From a virus: DNA of 64,000 nucleotides. Position 1 is the stretch's first letter. Each line of letters begins with the position of its first letter. The stretch covers positions 1 to 64,000 of IMG/VR virus record IMGVR_UViG_3300035698_029289. The stretch is one strand, 5' to 3'. Below are positions 48,217-57,723 of the stretch, in pieces. The notes beneath the pieces are model-generated. The model saw nothing but the letters and a program-made list of their open reading frames with translations, was not told the DNA's origin and did no database searches. The position numbers and the translations under genes were made by a program.

Positions 48217-48999
48217 ATGAGGGATAAGAAGGGAAAGTTCCAAAAAGGCCATGCCCCATGGAATAAGGGAAAGACTGGAGTTTATTCGGAAGAACGACTA
48301 GAGGAATTAAGCCATTGTGCCAAAACTGGAGTGACGGGAATGTTGGGGAAAAAGCATAGCGAAGGAACAAAAGAAAAAATGAGCATAGTTAAAAGAGGAA
48401 AAGTGTTTTCCGAAAAACATAAGAAAAACTTAAGCAAGGCACATAGGAAAAGAGGAACAATTCCTCCTAGGTGGTGGGAAGATCCCATTCTTGCCACTAA
48501 AACCATGGGGAAGCTAAAGAAGAAAAAAGTGGTTATTCGGTGTGGAGTTTGTGGAAAAAAGTTTAAAGTTATTCCTTCTAGGGCTAAAACGGCTAATTTC
48601 TGTTCAAAGCAATGTCATAATAAATCAATGATTGGTCGTCTTCTTACTAAAGAGTGGAAAGAAAAAATGATTAAAAATACCCTAATGGCGATGTTAAAAC
48701 GTCCCACCTCTCTTGAAAAACAAATGATTGCCCTAATCAAAAAACACAATCTTCCCTATAAATATGTTGGTGATGGGGGCTTTTTAATAGGCTATAAAAA
48801 TCCCGATTTCGTAAACATTAATGGAGAAAAGAAATTGATTGAAATTGGCAATGAATTTCATCACAAACCGCCATACACGAAGAATCGGAGGAAACACTTC
48901 GCCAAATACGGTTGGGAAAGCTATATTTTTATAGGAGATGAATTGGATGAGGGAAAAATACTAAAAATCCTAGGGAGTAAATTATGTTACAACGATTAA
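48217..48999 (+). CDS. NUMOD3 plus Vsr/DUF559-like endonuclease
   Basis: GKKHSEGTKEKMS; PTSLEK...YKYVGDG...PDF...LIEI...FHH. Confidence 0.8.
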   Translation: MRDKKGKFQKGHAPWNKGKTGVYSEERLEELSHCAKTGVTGMLGKKHSEGTKEKMSIVKRGKVFSEKHKKNLSKAHRKRGTIPPRWWEDPILATKTMGKLKKKKVVIRCGVCGKKFKVIPSRAKTANFCSKQCHNKSMIGRLLTKEWKEKMIKNTLMAMLKRPTSLEKQMIALIKKHNLPYKYVGDGGFLIGYKNPDFVNINGEKKLIEIGNEFHHKPPYTKNRRKHFAKYGWESYIFIGDELDEGKILKILGSKLCYND

Positions 49000-50918
49000 A
49001 ACAACCAAAATTTAAAGCACCACGTCAAGCCGTAGCTGATTGGGACAATTTTCGCGGAGGATTAAATTCTTTACTTCGTCCCACAGAACTTGCAAAGAAC
49101 GAATTGGCTCAAATGGAGAATTTAATGCTTATCGGTCGTGGAGTTCCCACTAAGCGATGGGGAACACAAAATTATTTCCTTGCAGGAGTGACTGGTTACG
49201 GCAGAGGTTTGTTTCACGCCAAATCGGCTGTGGGAACAAGTGAGGTTTTAGGCATTACTGACTGGGGGCTTTTGGTCAAAAGAAGCGGAGCAAGTTATAC
49301 GGTTTTGACTGGTGCTTCCTGGGGATCGGGATATAACCTTGAAGCCACGCAGCTTAATAATAGGGTATATTTGGTCAACGGACAGAGAGAGTTGGTAAGA
49401 TATGACTTTTCCACCCTGACAGGGTTTCCCACATTGTCGGTTCCAGCTGGTGTGGCGGCAACTAACCTTTCGGGGGCAACCGGTGACACTACTTATTCAT
49501 GGAGAATTGCCGCAACTTCTCAAGTGGGAGAAACGCTTGGATCAGCGGCCGTTGCCATGGCGAGCCTGCCCCAAGAACTTTCTGATACGAGCATTAGAGT
49601 TCAATGGACGCCAGTTTCGGCAGCCTCAGGGGACCTTACCGGTTATAATATTTATCGGGGTTCACCCGGTGATGAAACATGGTTGGCTTTTGTGGACGAT
49701 GATACTAGCTCTTATGATGATGCGGGCTTAGATGTATCGCAACTGCGGGTGCCTCAAACCAAAGATACAACCGGAGGACCGATTGCCAAATGGATTATCC
49801 GGTACGAAGACAGATTGATTCTTGCTGGGATTTCTGGTGAACCCACTAAAATCATGATTTCGGGAAGAGTTCCGAACCAAGACAAATTCACTTGGCCTTA
49901 TGGAGGAGGATATGTTTTGGTCGATCCCGACACAGGAGATGAGATAACTGGTCTTGCCGTTCACCAGGGAAAGATTATTGTTTTCAAGGAAAATTCTGTT
50001 TGGCAAGTAACTCTTAGTACAATAACAGTTGGCAATTTCACGATTCTTGAGCCTTCTTATGAATTGATTACTGCTTCTCAGGGTTGCACCAGCCACCGAT
50101 CGATTGTGCCGGTTGAAAACGATTTGCTTTTCTGCAACAGGCAGGGTGTATATATCTTGGGATTCGAACCCAATATTTTGGCAGCTGTTTTGAGAACCAA
50201 TGAGTTGTCAGTGAAAATCCGGCCATTTTTTGAAGCGATTACTCCGACAGACTTTGATGATGCTAGTGCGAATTACTTTGACCACAAGTATGTTTTGTCT
50301 TTTCCTGGTGCCAAAAAATGTATTGTCTTTGATAGGGAAAGAGCCGCTTGGGTCGGACCATGGACCACGGGGTTTGGAACAAACAAGTTTATTAAATATG
50401 TTGATTCGGGCAATGTTGAAAGATTGCTGGGAATAGATGCAGAAGACAATTATGTCAGTGAATTTTCAAAGACGTTGAATAGCGACAAGGGAACTGCCTT
50501 CAGGACTCTTTTGAAAACACGGAAAGAAGATTTTGGAGACTGGACGATTTTCAAGACCATCAATGAATCATTTTTATCTTTCAGGAATGTTTTGGGGAGT
50601 GTTAATATCAATATTTTCTTGGAGGGAAGAGCGGGAGAGATAATCACCGCCAAAACATTTTCCATTGTCAGCCAAAAGGGTGTTTCCGGCTGGGGAACCG
50701 ATCAATGGGGATTGACTCAATGGGGGTTATCAAAGAATGACGCAGAACTGTCTTCAGAAGAATTAATTAGGCAGGCGTTGCTTTATAAAACCGCACGGAC
50801 TTTCCAGGTGGAATTGATTTCGTCTGCCACAAGAGACAACTATGAATTACTAGGCATTAAGACTTTCTCTACCTTGCAAGGGCGTGGCTCAAGCCCATCT
50901 GATTGGAGAGCCTCTTAA
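48984..50918 (+). CDS. tail nozzle / packaged-DNA stabilisation protein (gp10-like)
   Basis: NFRGGLN N-terminus, Fn3-like GYNIYRG, propeller EITGLA...IVFKE...GCTSHRSI. Confidence 0.8.
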   Translation: MLQRLKQPKFKAPRQAVADWDNFRGGLNSLLRPTELAKNELAQMENLMLIGRGVPTKRWGTQNYFLAGVTGYGRGLFHAKSAVGTSEVLGITDWGLLVKRSGASYTVLTGASWGSGYNLEATQLNNRVYLVNGQRELVRYDFSTLTGFPTLSVPAGVAATNLSGATGDTTYSWRIAATSQVGETLGSAAVAMASLPQELSDTSIRVQWTPVSAASGDLTGYNIYRGSPGDETWLAFVDDDTSSYDDAGLDVSQLRVPQTKDTTGGPIAKWIIRYEDRLILAGISGEPTKIMISGRVPNQDKFTWPYGGGYVLVDPDTGDEITGLAVHQGKIIVFKENSVWQVTLSTITVGNFTILEPSYELITASQGCTSHRSIVPVENDLLFCNRQGVYILGFEPNILAAVLRTNELSVKIRPFFEAITPTDFDDASANYFDHKYVLSFPGAKKCIVFDRERAAWVGPWTTGFGTNKFIKYVDSGNVERLLGIDAEDNYVSEFSKTLNSDKGTAFRTLLKTRKEDFGDWTIFKTINESFLSFRNVLGSVNINIFLEGRAGEIITAKTFSIVSQKGVSGWGTDQWGLTQWGLSKNDAELSSEELIRQALLYKTARTFQVELISSATRDNYELLGIKTFSTLQGRGSSPSDWRAS

Positions 50919-50922
50919 TCCC

Positions 50923-51020
50923 TTGACAAGGAAGCGAATTGTTGTTTTAATTAATTATAGAGTCTGTTAAGCGGGAAACGCTCGCAGACGACAATAGGGT
51001 CTAACCGACCCTTTTTTATT
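50923..51020 (+). promoter_or_regulatory. late leader 4
   Basis: TTGACA-17-TTTAAT with TG; GTCTGT-TA-AGCG-GGAAA-CGCT-C-GCAGAC; terminator AGGGTC/GACCCT-TTTTT. Confidence 0.75.
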
Positions 51021-51046
51021 GGAATAAATTAAAAGAAAGGAAGAAA

Positions 51047-51727
51047 ATGTCCTGGCCTAAAGGAAAACCAACATGGAATAAAGGGAAAATTGAATGGAAA
51101 AAGTGTAAAGTGTGTGGGAAGAAAATTAGAAAGTGGCGAGTTTATTGTTCGAAAGAATGTGTATCAATTGGAAGAAGTGGAGAAAATAGATGTGGATTTA
51201 AAAAAGGACATATTCCTTGGAACAAAGATATGAAAAGGAGTGAAGAATTTAAAAAGGCATGCCGAGAGAGAGCACTTAGATTAAAACAAAAACCACCCAA
51301 ATATAATAAAAGAGGAAAAAATCATTGGAATTGGAAAGGTGGTTTACCAGTTTGTGTTGAGTGTGGGAAAATAATCTCTAGGTATAGGACTCGATGTCTC
51401 AAGTGTCATCTTGGAACAAAAAGAATGACTACTTTAGAAAAGAAAGTTCAGAATGTGATTAATAAATATAAATTGCCATATAAATTTGTTGGAAATGGAG
51501 AATTTTTTATTGAAAGGAAAAATCCTGATTTCATTAATATAAATGGAGAGAAAAAAGCTATTGAAGTTTATTGGAAGCGACACAAAGATAAATTTAAAAA
51601 GGGAGGATTTGTGGGTTGGAAAAAAGAAAGAGAAACAGTTTTTTCTAAGTATGGTTGGACAATTATTTTTTTAGATGAAAATAACATGATAGAAGAAAAA
51701 ATATTAGAAGCCTTAAGAAAGGGGTGA
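51047..51727 (+). CDS. Zn-finger plus Vsr/DUF559-like endonuclease
   Basis: PWNK repeats; TTLEK...LPYKFVGNG...NPDFININGEKKAIEV; C-terminus paralogous to 48217 gene. Confidence 0.8.
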   Translation: MSWPKGKPTWNKGKIEWKKCKVCGKKIRKWRVYCSKECVSIGRSGENRCGFKKGHIPWNKDMKRSEEFKKACRERALRLKQKPPKYNKRGKNHWNWKGGLPVCVECGKIISRYRTRCLKCHLGTKRMTTLEKKVQNVINKYKLPYKFVGNGEFFIERKNPDFININGEKKAIEVYWKRHKDKFKKGGFVGWKKERETVFSKYGWTIIFLDENNMIEEKILEALRKG

Positions 51728-51732
51728 GTTGA

Positions 51733-52554
51733 ATTTCAGCAAAACTCTGGGAATCGGCAGGCGTAAACGCTTTTCAGACAACCCTTAATGGATCAATAGC
51801 AAGTGACACTACAACCATTACTCTGTCTTCAGTAACAAACTTGGTTGCCCCAAGTATTCTTGTTATTGACCGGCAAGATGGTGTTGGAAATGATACTCCA
51901 ACGAAAAGAGAATACATTTCTTTTACTGGAATTAGCGGGAATGATCTTACAGGAGTCACTCGTGGGGTAGCCAGTTCTACTGCTCAGGCCCACTCTTCCG
52001 GTGCTTTAGTTGAAGCGATCCCTTCTGCAACTCACTGGACGGATTTAGTAGATTTCTTACAGGTAGAACACTCTTCTGCTGGGAAGCATGTTCTCTCCAC
52101 GGTGACTATTGCTTATGCTGAGGTGGCAAGATTGGTTGTGACTTCTTTAGCCTCACTTGCTGTTGTAAATGTAAAAGGACAATTTGTGTGGACAAGTGCA
52201 GGAGCTCTAGTAACTTCTTTGGCAACTGCTCCTGGGGATAGTCATTTACCTTTTTTGAGAGCAAGGAAGAATTTGACTTTAAATGGTGTTTGGGCAGGTT
52301 TAAATTCTGCTCCTTCAACAGCAGCATTTCAGGCTAATATCAGTTATCGTTCAGAACCAACAGGGGCTCATACGACCCTTTTGTCAACCGCATTAACGAT
52401 TGACGTGGGCGAATATGAGTCGAGAACTGCGGCGACTCCAGTAGTTTTAGGATTGACAAGTTTAGCATCAGGGACTCTTTTGAGCCCGAGCATTGATGCT
52501 CCGGGTGATGGAGGAGACCTCACTTTGACTATAGCTGCGACAGAGCGACCATAA
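51733..52554 (+). CDS. tail/virion protein, probable ATT start
   Basis: Frame open from ATT 51733 (ISAKLWESAG...TTLNGSI) with GGGGTGA RBS; EYISFTG...LTGVTRG...AHSSGA motif. Confidence 0.75.
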   Translation: MSAKLWESAGVNAFQTTLNGSIASDTTTITLSSVTNLVAPSILVIDRQDGVGNDTPTKREYISFTGISGNDLTGVTRGVASSTAQAHSSGALVEAIPSATHWTDLVDFLQVEHSSAGKHVLSTVTIAYAEVARLVVTSLASLAVVNVKGQFVWTSAGALVTSLATAPGDSHLPFLRARKNLTLNGVWAGLNSAPSTAAFQANISYRSEPTGAHTTLLSTALTIDVGEYESRTAATPVVLGLTSLASGTLLSPSIDAPGDGGDLTLTIAATERP

Positions 52555-53132
52555 TGGCAAACATACTTATTAATTCTGATTTTGAGAATGGAAGTGGAGA
52601 CCGAACCACAGAAGGGTGGCTTGGCAATAGTTCTGCTTATGGTACTTATCTTATGGCTGCTTATGGAACTTTATCCTTTCAGGCTACCGCTTATCATGGT
52701 TCTCAGGCTATTAAACTTGATGTTGGACAAAGCTCTTGGCTTGAAGTAAGTAATGTTGATACAAATGATACTAATGCAATCAAGGCCTATTGTCCTGCGA
52801 TTACAGGAAACACAAAATATAAACTTACTGGATGGCAGAAAAGCGATGGCTTCAGCGTTGGTGTTCAAGGATTATGTGTTTATATTAGGGAATTTGATTC
52901 GGATGGAGCTGTTATTGTTAATTTGGCTACGGATGGTATGTTAGGCACTCAAGACTGGACAGAAGTAACACACACTTGGACAACTCACGCTGATGCCGCC
53001 TACATAGGAATTACCTATATAAGGGCACACGGAGATGGAGGAGCTACTGGCGATTTATATGCCGATTACTTTAGTTTGGAAGAAGTAGGAGAAGAAGAAA
53101 AAAACAACATTTATGGATATTTTAATTGCTAG
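52554..53132 (+). CDS. CBM4/9-like carbohydrate-binding virion protein
   Basis: NILINSDFE, YKLTGW.K, GTQDWTE, YADYFSL. Confidence 0.7.
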   Translation: MANILINSDFENGSGDRTTEGWLGNSSAYGTYLMAAYGTLSFQATAYHGSQAIKLDVGQSSWLEVSNVDTNDTNAIKAYCPAITGNTKYKLTGWQKSDGFSVGVQGLCVYIREFDSDGAVIVNLATDGMLGTQDWTEVTHTWTTHADAAYIGITYIRAHGDGGATGDLYADYFSLEEVGEEEKNNIYGYFNC

Positions 53133-53134
53133 AC

Positions 53135-53791
53135 ATGAGAAATAAAAACATTATACATAAATGTAAAAACTGTGGAAAGAAATTTTTCCATCGGTCGAAA
53201 GGAGCTAATAAATATTGTTCTCATAAATGTTATGTCGAACATTATTGGACAAAGGAAAGACGAGAAGCTCAAGCAATAAAAAGTAGAAAAAGAATATTAA
53301 GTAAAAATCCTATGGAAAATAAAGAAAATAGAAAAAAAGTAAGTTTGTCTAAACTAGGAAAAAAAAGAAAGCCATTTAGTAAAAAATGCAAAGAAAATAT
53401 GAGCAATGCTCATAAGGGAGAAAAGAGTTGGTTTTGGGGAAAAAAGGGAAGTCAGCATCCTGGTTGGAGAGGTGGTTTATCATCATTGAATCAATTAATT
53501 AGAAGCAATGGTTTAATGGACTCTTGGAGAAGAAAAATATTCGAAAGAGACAATTTTACTTGTCAGGAGTGTAAAGGAAATGGGCGGTTAGTAGCACATC
53601 ATATTGTTACTTTCATAACTCTCTTGCGAAAAAACCATATAACAACAGTAAAAGAGGCAGAAAAATGTGATGAACTATGGAATCTTGATAATGGTATAAC
53701 TCTATGTAAAAAGTGTCATGACCCTACGATTAAAAGAGAGAAATTATATGAAGAAAGATACAAGGAAATTATTGAAAGTTTCAATGTTTAA
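53135..53791 (+). CDS. HNH endonuclease
   Basis: WRRKIFERDNFTCQEC, AHHI, NGITLCKKCH. Confidence 0.9.
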   Translation: MRNKNIIHKCKNCGKKFFHRSKGANKYCSHKCYVEHYWTKERREAQAIKSRKRILSKNPMENKENRKKVSLSKLGKKRKPFSKKCKENMSNAHKGEKSWFWGKKGSQHPGWRGGLSSLNQLIRSNGLMDSWRRKIFERDNFTCQECKGNGRLVAHHIVTFITLLRKNHITTVKEAEKCDELWNLDNGITLCKKCHDPTIKREKLYEERYKEIIESFNV

Positions 53792-53796
53792 CTAAT

Positions 53797-53967
53797 ATGC
53801 CAGGACCAGGAAGTCGCATTTCTACTTGGAAAATTTGCCCAGAATGTGGAGAGGAATTTTTATCTTACACAAGGAAGATTTGTGAGGATTGTTATCAAAG
53901 ATTGAGATATCAAAGAAAGAAGAAAAAGTTACTTCAAAAGAAAAAAGAATTGTTGAACATAAAATGA
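53797..53967 (+). CDS. small Zn-finger protein (56 aa)
   Basis: CPECG...CEDC then basic tail. Confidence 0.6.
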   Translation: MPGPGSRISTWKICPECGEEFLSYTRKICEDCYQRLRYQRKKKKLLQKKKELLNIK

Positions 53968-54119
53968 AAGAAAAGGATTTTGTTATCAGGAAATATTGGG
54001 GTTCTTTTGGCATCAGAAGAAGTGCTAAACCAACTGTTGAATCAGCTGAACTAACTCGTGATGAAAAGAACGCCGAATGGGTGCGAAAAAAAAATAAAGA
54101 GGCGGAAAGCTGGCTTTAA
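53964..54119 (+). CDS. hypothetical protein
   Basis: ATGA overlap. Confidence 0.45.
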   Translation: MKEKDFVIRKYWGSFGIRRSAKPTVESAELTRDEKNAEWVRKKNKEAESWL

Positions 54120-54178
54120 TCAGTTTACTGGATTTTACAAAGGGCGTTGGTGGGTTAAGGGTAGACCGATGAAAAGAA

Positions 54179-54472
54179 ATGAAAGAAAGGTTGTGGAAGG
54201 CAATATCAGAAATAGACGGAGAAATCTTTTCTCTGGGAATGAAAGATGCCGAAATAATCCGCTTACCTGAAAGTGAATGGATTGAAGGAGGAGAACATGG
54301 TATTTTTGCGACAAGACATAAGTCAGATGCCGAAAAAGTTATTTACTCTGCCGAACATAGAAAGGTTTTGTCAATACCATTAAACATGAAAGTGATACCT
54401 ATTATTGGTGAGATAAAGGATGATAGAGGGAAGACAGTAGTTTGTGAAAGGATTTTAATAGAAGGTGAATAA
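54179..54472 (+). CDS. hypothetical protein
   Basis: ORF track. Confidence 0.6.
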   Translation: MKERLWKAISEIDGEIFSLGMKDAEIIRLPESEWIEGGEHGIFATRHKSDAEKVIYSAEHRKVLSIPLNMKVIPIIGEIKDDRGKTVVCERILIEGE

Positions 54473-56432
54473 AGAAATAGGATTACACTATTTAGGGGGT
54501 GACTTTAAGACAAGAACCCAAATCAGACGGAAACTTCTCTCTGAGGAGTTGACTGCTCCGCTCCAATTAACAAAACCTGCTTTAGTTAGAACCTTCGCTG
54601 AATGGCAGCCGATTATAAACAGACGGCAAAAAGAATACCAGGAACTCCTTGGAATACCAGAAACAATCCACATTGAAATCGCTACTGAAAAACCAATCCT
54701 GCTTGTCCCCATAGGGGATGTTCATGCCGAGCATCCTGAAACCAATCTTGAACAATTTGGTAAAGACATAGATTTAGCAAAATCAGTTAATGCGTATTTT
54801 ATCACTTTAGGAGATTTAACCAATAGTATCTTCTGGAAAGCAGAACCTTCCTTAATGACTGCCCAAGAGTCAACAATGTATATCAGGTCGGCCTTGAAAT
54901 ATATGGCGGAAGATGGACACCTTTTGGCTTCATGGCTTGGCGACCATGATTGTCTTGATGAGAAAACGGAAGTATATACAAAACGAGGTTGGTTAAAATG
55001 GAATGAGCTTAATGAAAAGGATAATCTTTTGACTATAAACCCCGATGGTGGGTTGTTAGAATGGCATAAATACGAAAAGAAAATTGTTGAAGATTTTGAT
55101 GGAGAGCTAATTCATATCAAGGGTAAAAATATTGACTTGTTGGGAACAGAAAACCATCGGGTGTTTTATCAAAAGCGAAGAACTGATAAATATGATTTTA
55201 TCCCCTTGGAACAGTTTGCTAGTTTAAAGTGGGCAGACCATTATGGAATTCCTAATGCTTCAACTTTTAATTTTAGTGATTATCCGATATCAGATGAACT
55301 AATTCGATTGGTGGCGTGGTTGATTACTGATGGGTGGATTCAAACAAGAAAAGGCTATGGTTATCAACGGGTATGTTATACACAAAAGGAAGAGGATGCT
55401 CATTTAATTACTGATATTTTGGATGGACTTGGTTTTAAGTATTCTGCTAAAAGAAGGATTAGAACAAGAGATAAAATTGATGGCATGAAAATTAAATCCT
55501 TAAAGCCATCTATTGATATAGGAGTTTGTTCCAAAGATTCTAAGAAAATTTTAGATTTGATTAAAGATAAAAAATCCATGCCGTCATGGGTTTATAAATT
55601 GAGTGATAGGCAGTTTGACGCTTTTCTGGATTCTTTGATTGATGGTGATGGAACTCGGCTTCCGAGAATGAAGAATTGTGCTTGTTTCTATCAAAAGAGC
55701 AAGAAATTGATTGATGAATTACAGGCTTTGTGTGCGATGCACAATATTAAAACCAACATTTACGAGTATAAAAACCGAATGGGGAATAAGCAATATCGGC
55801 TCAATATAAATTTTAGGAAAGACACTCGATTGGTTTCTCCAAAAGCGGTTAGAGAAAATTACAAGGGGAAGATTTGGGATGTTTCAATACCACCTAACAG
55901 AAACTTCTTTGTTAGAAGAAATGGCAAAGCGTATTTTACTGGTAATTCTTGGGCTTTTGACAAACACGGAAGCCATACACTTTACGCTGATTTTTGGGAG
56001 AAGTTTAACGCCCATTTACTAGACGGAGTATCTTATGTTGATATTGGACTTAATAACGGAGATACAGTCCAGAAATACGGGATAGTTGGCTCTCATCGCC
56101 ACCCTGGCCACAGTATCTACAATTCCAGCCATCAATGTTTAAGACAATGGAGAGATGAGGGAGTAGGGTCTCTTATTAGTATTTCTGCTCACAAACACAC
56201 TAAGGCCCATAATCAACAAACCCATAAACTTTATGGTGGAAAAGAGGTTGTGTTTCATTCTGTTGCCATAGGAACATATAAAGAATCAGACCGATATAGC
56301 AGAAAACACGGTTGGCCACGCAAGGGAGAAAAGACAGCTGGAGCGTTTGGAATAGTGCTTTATCCAGGCAAGGAAAAAATTCACATTTTCTGGGAATTAG
56401 AAGATGCGGTAGACGCACTAAGCAAGGCTTGA
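54465..56432 (+). CDS. calcineurin-like metallophosphoesterase with intein
   Basis: GDVH, GDL, GDHD, SH, AHKH motifs. Confidence 0.85.
   Translation: MNKEIGLHYLGGDFKTRTQIRRKLLSEELTAPLQLTKPALVRTFAEWQPIINRRQKEYQELLGIPETIHIEIATEKPILLVPIGDVHAEHPETNLEQFGKDIDLAKSVNAYFITLGDLTNSIFWKAEPSLMTAQESTMYIRSALKYMAEDGHLLASWLGDHDCLDEKTEVYTKRGWLKWNELNEKDNLLTINPDGGLLEWHKYEKKIVEDFDGELIHIKGKNIDLLGTENHRVFYQKRRTDKYDFIPLEQFASLKWADHYGIPNASTFNFSDYPISDELIRLVAWLITDGWIQTRKGYGYQRVCYTQKEEDAHLITDILDGLGFKYSAKRRIRTRDKIDGMKIKSLKPSIDIGVCSKDSKKILDLIKDKKSMPSWVYKLSDRQFDAFLDSLIDGDGTRLPRMKNCACFYQKSKKLIDELQALCAMHNIKTNIYEYKNRMGNKQYRLNINFRKDTRLVSPKAVRENYKGKIWDVSIPPNRNFFVRRNGKAYFTGNSWAFDKHGSHTLYADFWEKFNAHLLDGVSYVDIGLNNGDTVQKYGIVGSHRHPGHSIYNSSHQCLRQWRDEGVGSLISISAHKHTKAHNQQTHKLYGGKEVVFHSVAIGTYKESDRYSRKHGWPRKGEKTAGAFGIVLYPGKEKIHIFWELEDAVDALSKA
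54951..55946 (+). mobile_element. intein with LAGLIDADG endonuclease (332 aa)
   Basis: HD|CLDEKTEVYTKRGW, TENH block B, LITDGW and LIDGDG, FFVRRNGKAYFTGN|S. Confidence 0.93.
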
Positions 56433-56507
56433 AAATAAGATGTCCAGTATTTTCTTTTCTTATTGGAGAAATGGTATAATAATGAAAATGAGGACAGAAT
56501 AAATATT

Positions 56508-57026
56508 ATGCCAAAAGGAGTTTATTTTCGTACTGAAGCAACTAGAAAGAAAATAAGTGAAGCCCGTATGGGTAAAAAGCTTTCTGAAAAAACTAAACGG
56601 AAATTGAGTGAAATTCATAAACGGATTGGCACTAGGCCACTTTCTCGTAAAGGCATCATTTTGAGTGAAGAGCTTAAAAAGAAACTAAGTAAAATTCATA
56701 AAAAAATCGGAACTATGCCGCCACACCCTAAAGGAAAAGACCATCCTAACTGGAAAGGTGGCTTCTCGCTTTATCCTATTGATTGGACAGAAACCCTAAA
56801 AGAATCTATCAGACAAAGAGATAACTGTGTTTGTCAGTTATGCGGAATACATCAAGGCGAATTAAAAGGATTTCATAAGAAACTAGATGTTCACCATATT
56901 GATTATAATAAAGATAATCTAAATCCAGACAACTTGATTTCACTTTGTAAAAGTTGTCACTTGAAAACTAATTATAATCGGGAATATTGGCTTGAATATT
57001 TTCAACAAAAGGAAGTGAAAATATAA
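56508..57026 (+). CDS. NUMOD3 plus HNH endonuclease
   Basis: SEKTKRKLSE repeats; IRQRDNCVCQLC, VHHIDYNKDN..NLISLCKSCH. Confidence 0.92.
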   Translation: MPKGVYFRTEATRKKISEARMGKKLSEKTKRKLSEIHKRIGTRPLSRKGIILSEELKKKLSKIHKKIGTMPPHPKGKDHPNWKGGFSLYPIDWTETLKESIRQRDNCVCQLCGIHQGELKGFHKKLDVHHIDYNKDNLNPDNLISLCKSCHLKTNYNREYWLEYFQQKEVKI

Positions 57027-57090
57027 ATGATAAACTGGCGTGATGGAATATTGAACAGGCGATAGATTTTATGGCAATCTGATTATTCCC

Positions 57091-57187
57091 TTGACAAAGG
57101 TGGAGGCATGGTTTAATAATGTATTATATGTTCATAAGGCGGTTTAATCGCTAGTGAACAAGAAGAGCCGATAATTGGCTCTTTTTT
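57091..57187 (+). promoter_or_regulatory. late leader 5
   Basis: CCCTTGACAA, AT-rich -10 region; GTTCAT-AA-GGCGG-TTTAA-TCGCT-A-GTGAAC; terminator AGAGCCGA/TTGGCTCT-TTTTT. Confidence 0.75.
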
Positions 57188-57199
57188 AATGGAGAGAAT

Positions 57200-57481
57200 A
57201 TGGCAACAAAAAATAACTTGTTAGAAAAAATTTGGGTTATTATTCGCGAAGATTCAAAAAAGTTAAACAAAATCGGTATTCATGTCGCCGTTCTTAATAA
57301 GGAAATGGGTGGAGTTCAAAAAGATATTAGTGCGATTAGGCTTTGGCAAAGAAGTCTTACGAAGAGGTTCGTCGGTCGTGCTGAATTTGATCCCGTAAAG
57401 AAGATTGTATTTGGGGCTGTAAAAATAATATTAGTGGTAGTCTTTGGAGCGATTATAGGACTTGTAATTATCTCGAGATAA
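57200..57481 (+). CDS. coiled-coil plus C-terminal TM protein (possible holin-like)
   Basis: EFDPVKKIVFGAVKIILVVVFGAIIGLVI. Confidence 0.6.
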   Translation: MATKNNLLEKIWVIIREDSKKLNKIGIHVAVLNKEMGGVQKDISAIRLWQRSLTKRFVGRAEFDPVKKIVFGAVKIILVVVFGAIIGLVIISR

Positions 57482-57544
57482 CTTTGCGAGCAAATTTAAA
57501 GAAAAAAAGGTAAAGGAGAAGGAAAATAACTAGCACCTTAATCA

Positions 57545-57673
57545 TTAAGAGCGCCAGGGGTGATTGAGAATTACTAATAAAACGCCGAGGCCAAAAAATA
57601 AATCAAGGCCATAGAACCAATAGGAAAGGCAGAACATTATGATAGAAAGAAACCAAGCGATTTTTTTAATCAT
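57545..57673 (-). CDS. 42-aa antisense membrane protein
   Basis: MIKKIAWFLSIIMFCLSYWFYGLDLFFGLGVLLVILNHPWRS; TGTTATAAT extended -10 just upstream. Confidence 0.55.
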   Translation of the reverse strand: MIKKIAWFLSIIMFCLSYWFYGLDLFFGLGVLLVILNHPWRS

Positions 57674-57723
57674 TATTAAAGATATTATAACACAAAATTT
57701 TAAAAGAAGGGAGGTGAACAATA

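Noticed and set aside
53797-53967. Possible frameshift in small Zn-finger gene
   Set aside because: Recount of the T-run shows a continuous 56-aa ORF; the 53889 TTG start is spurious
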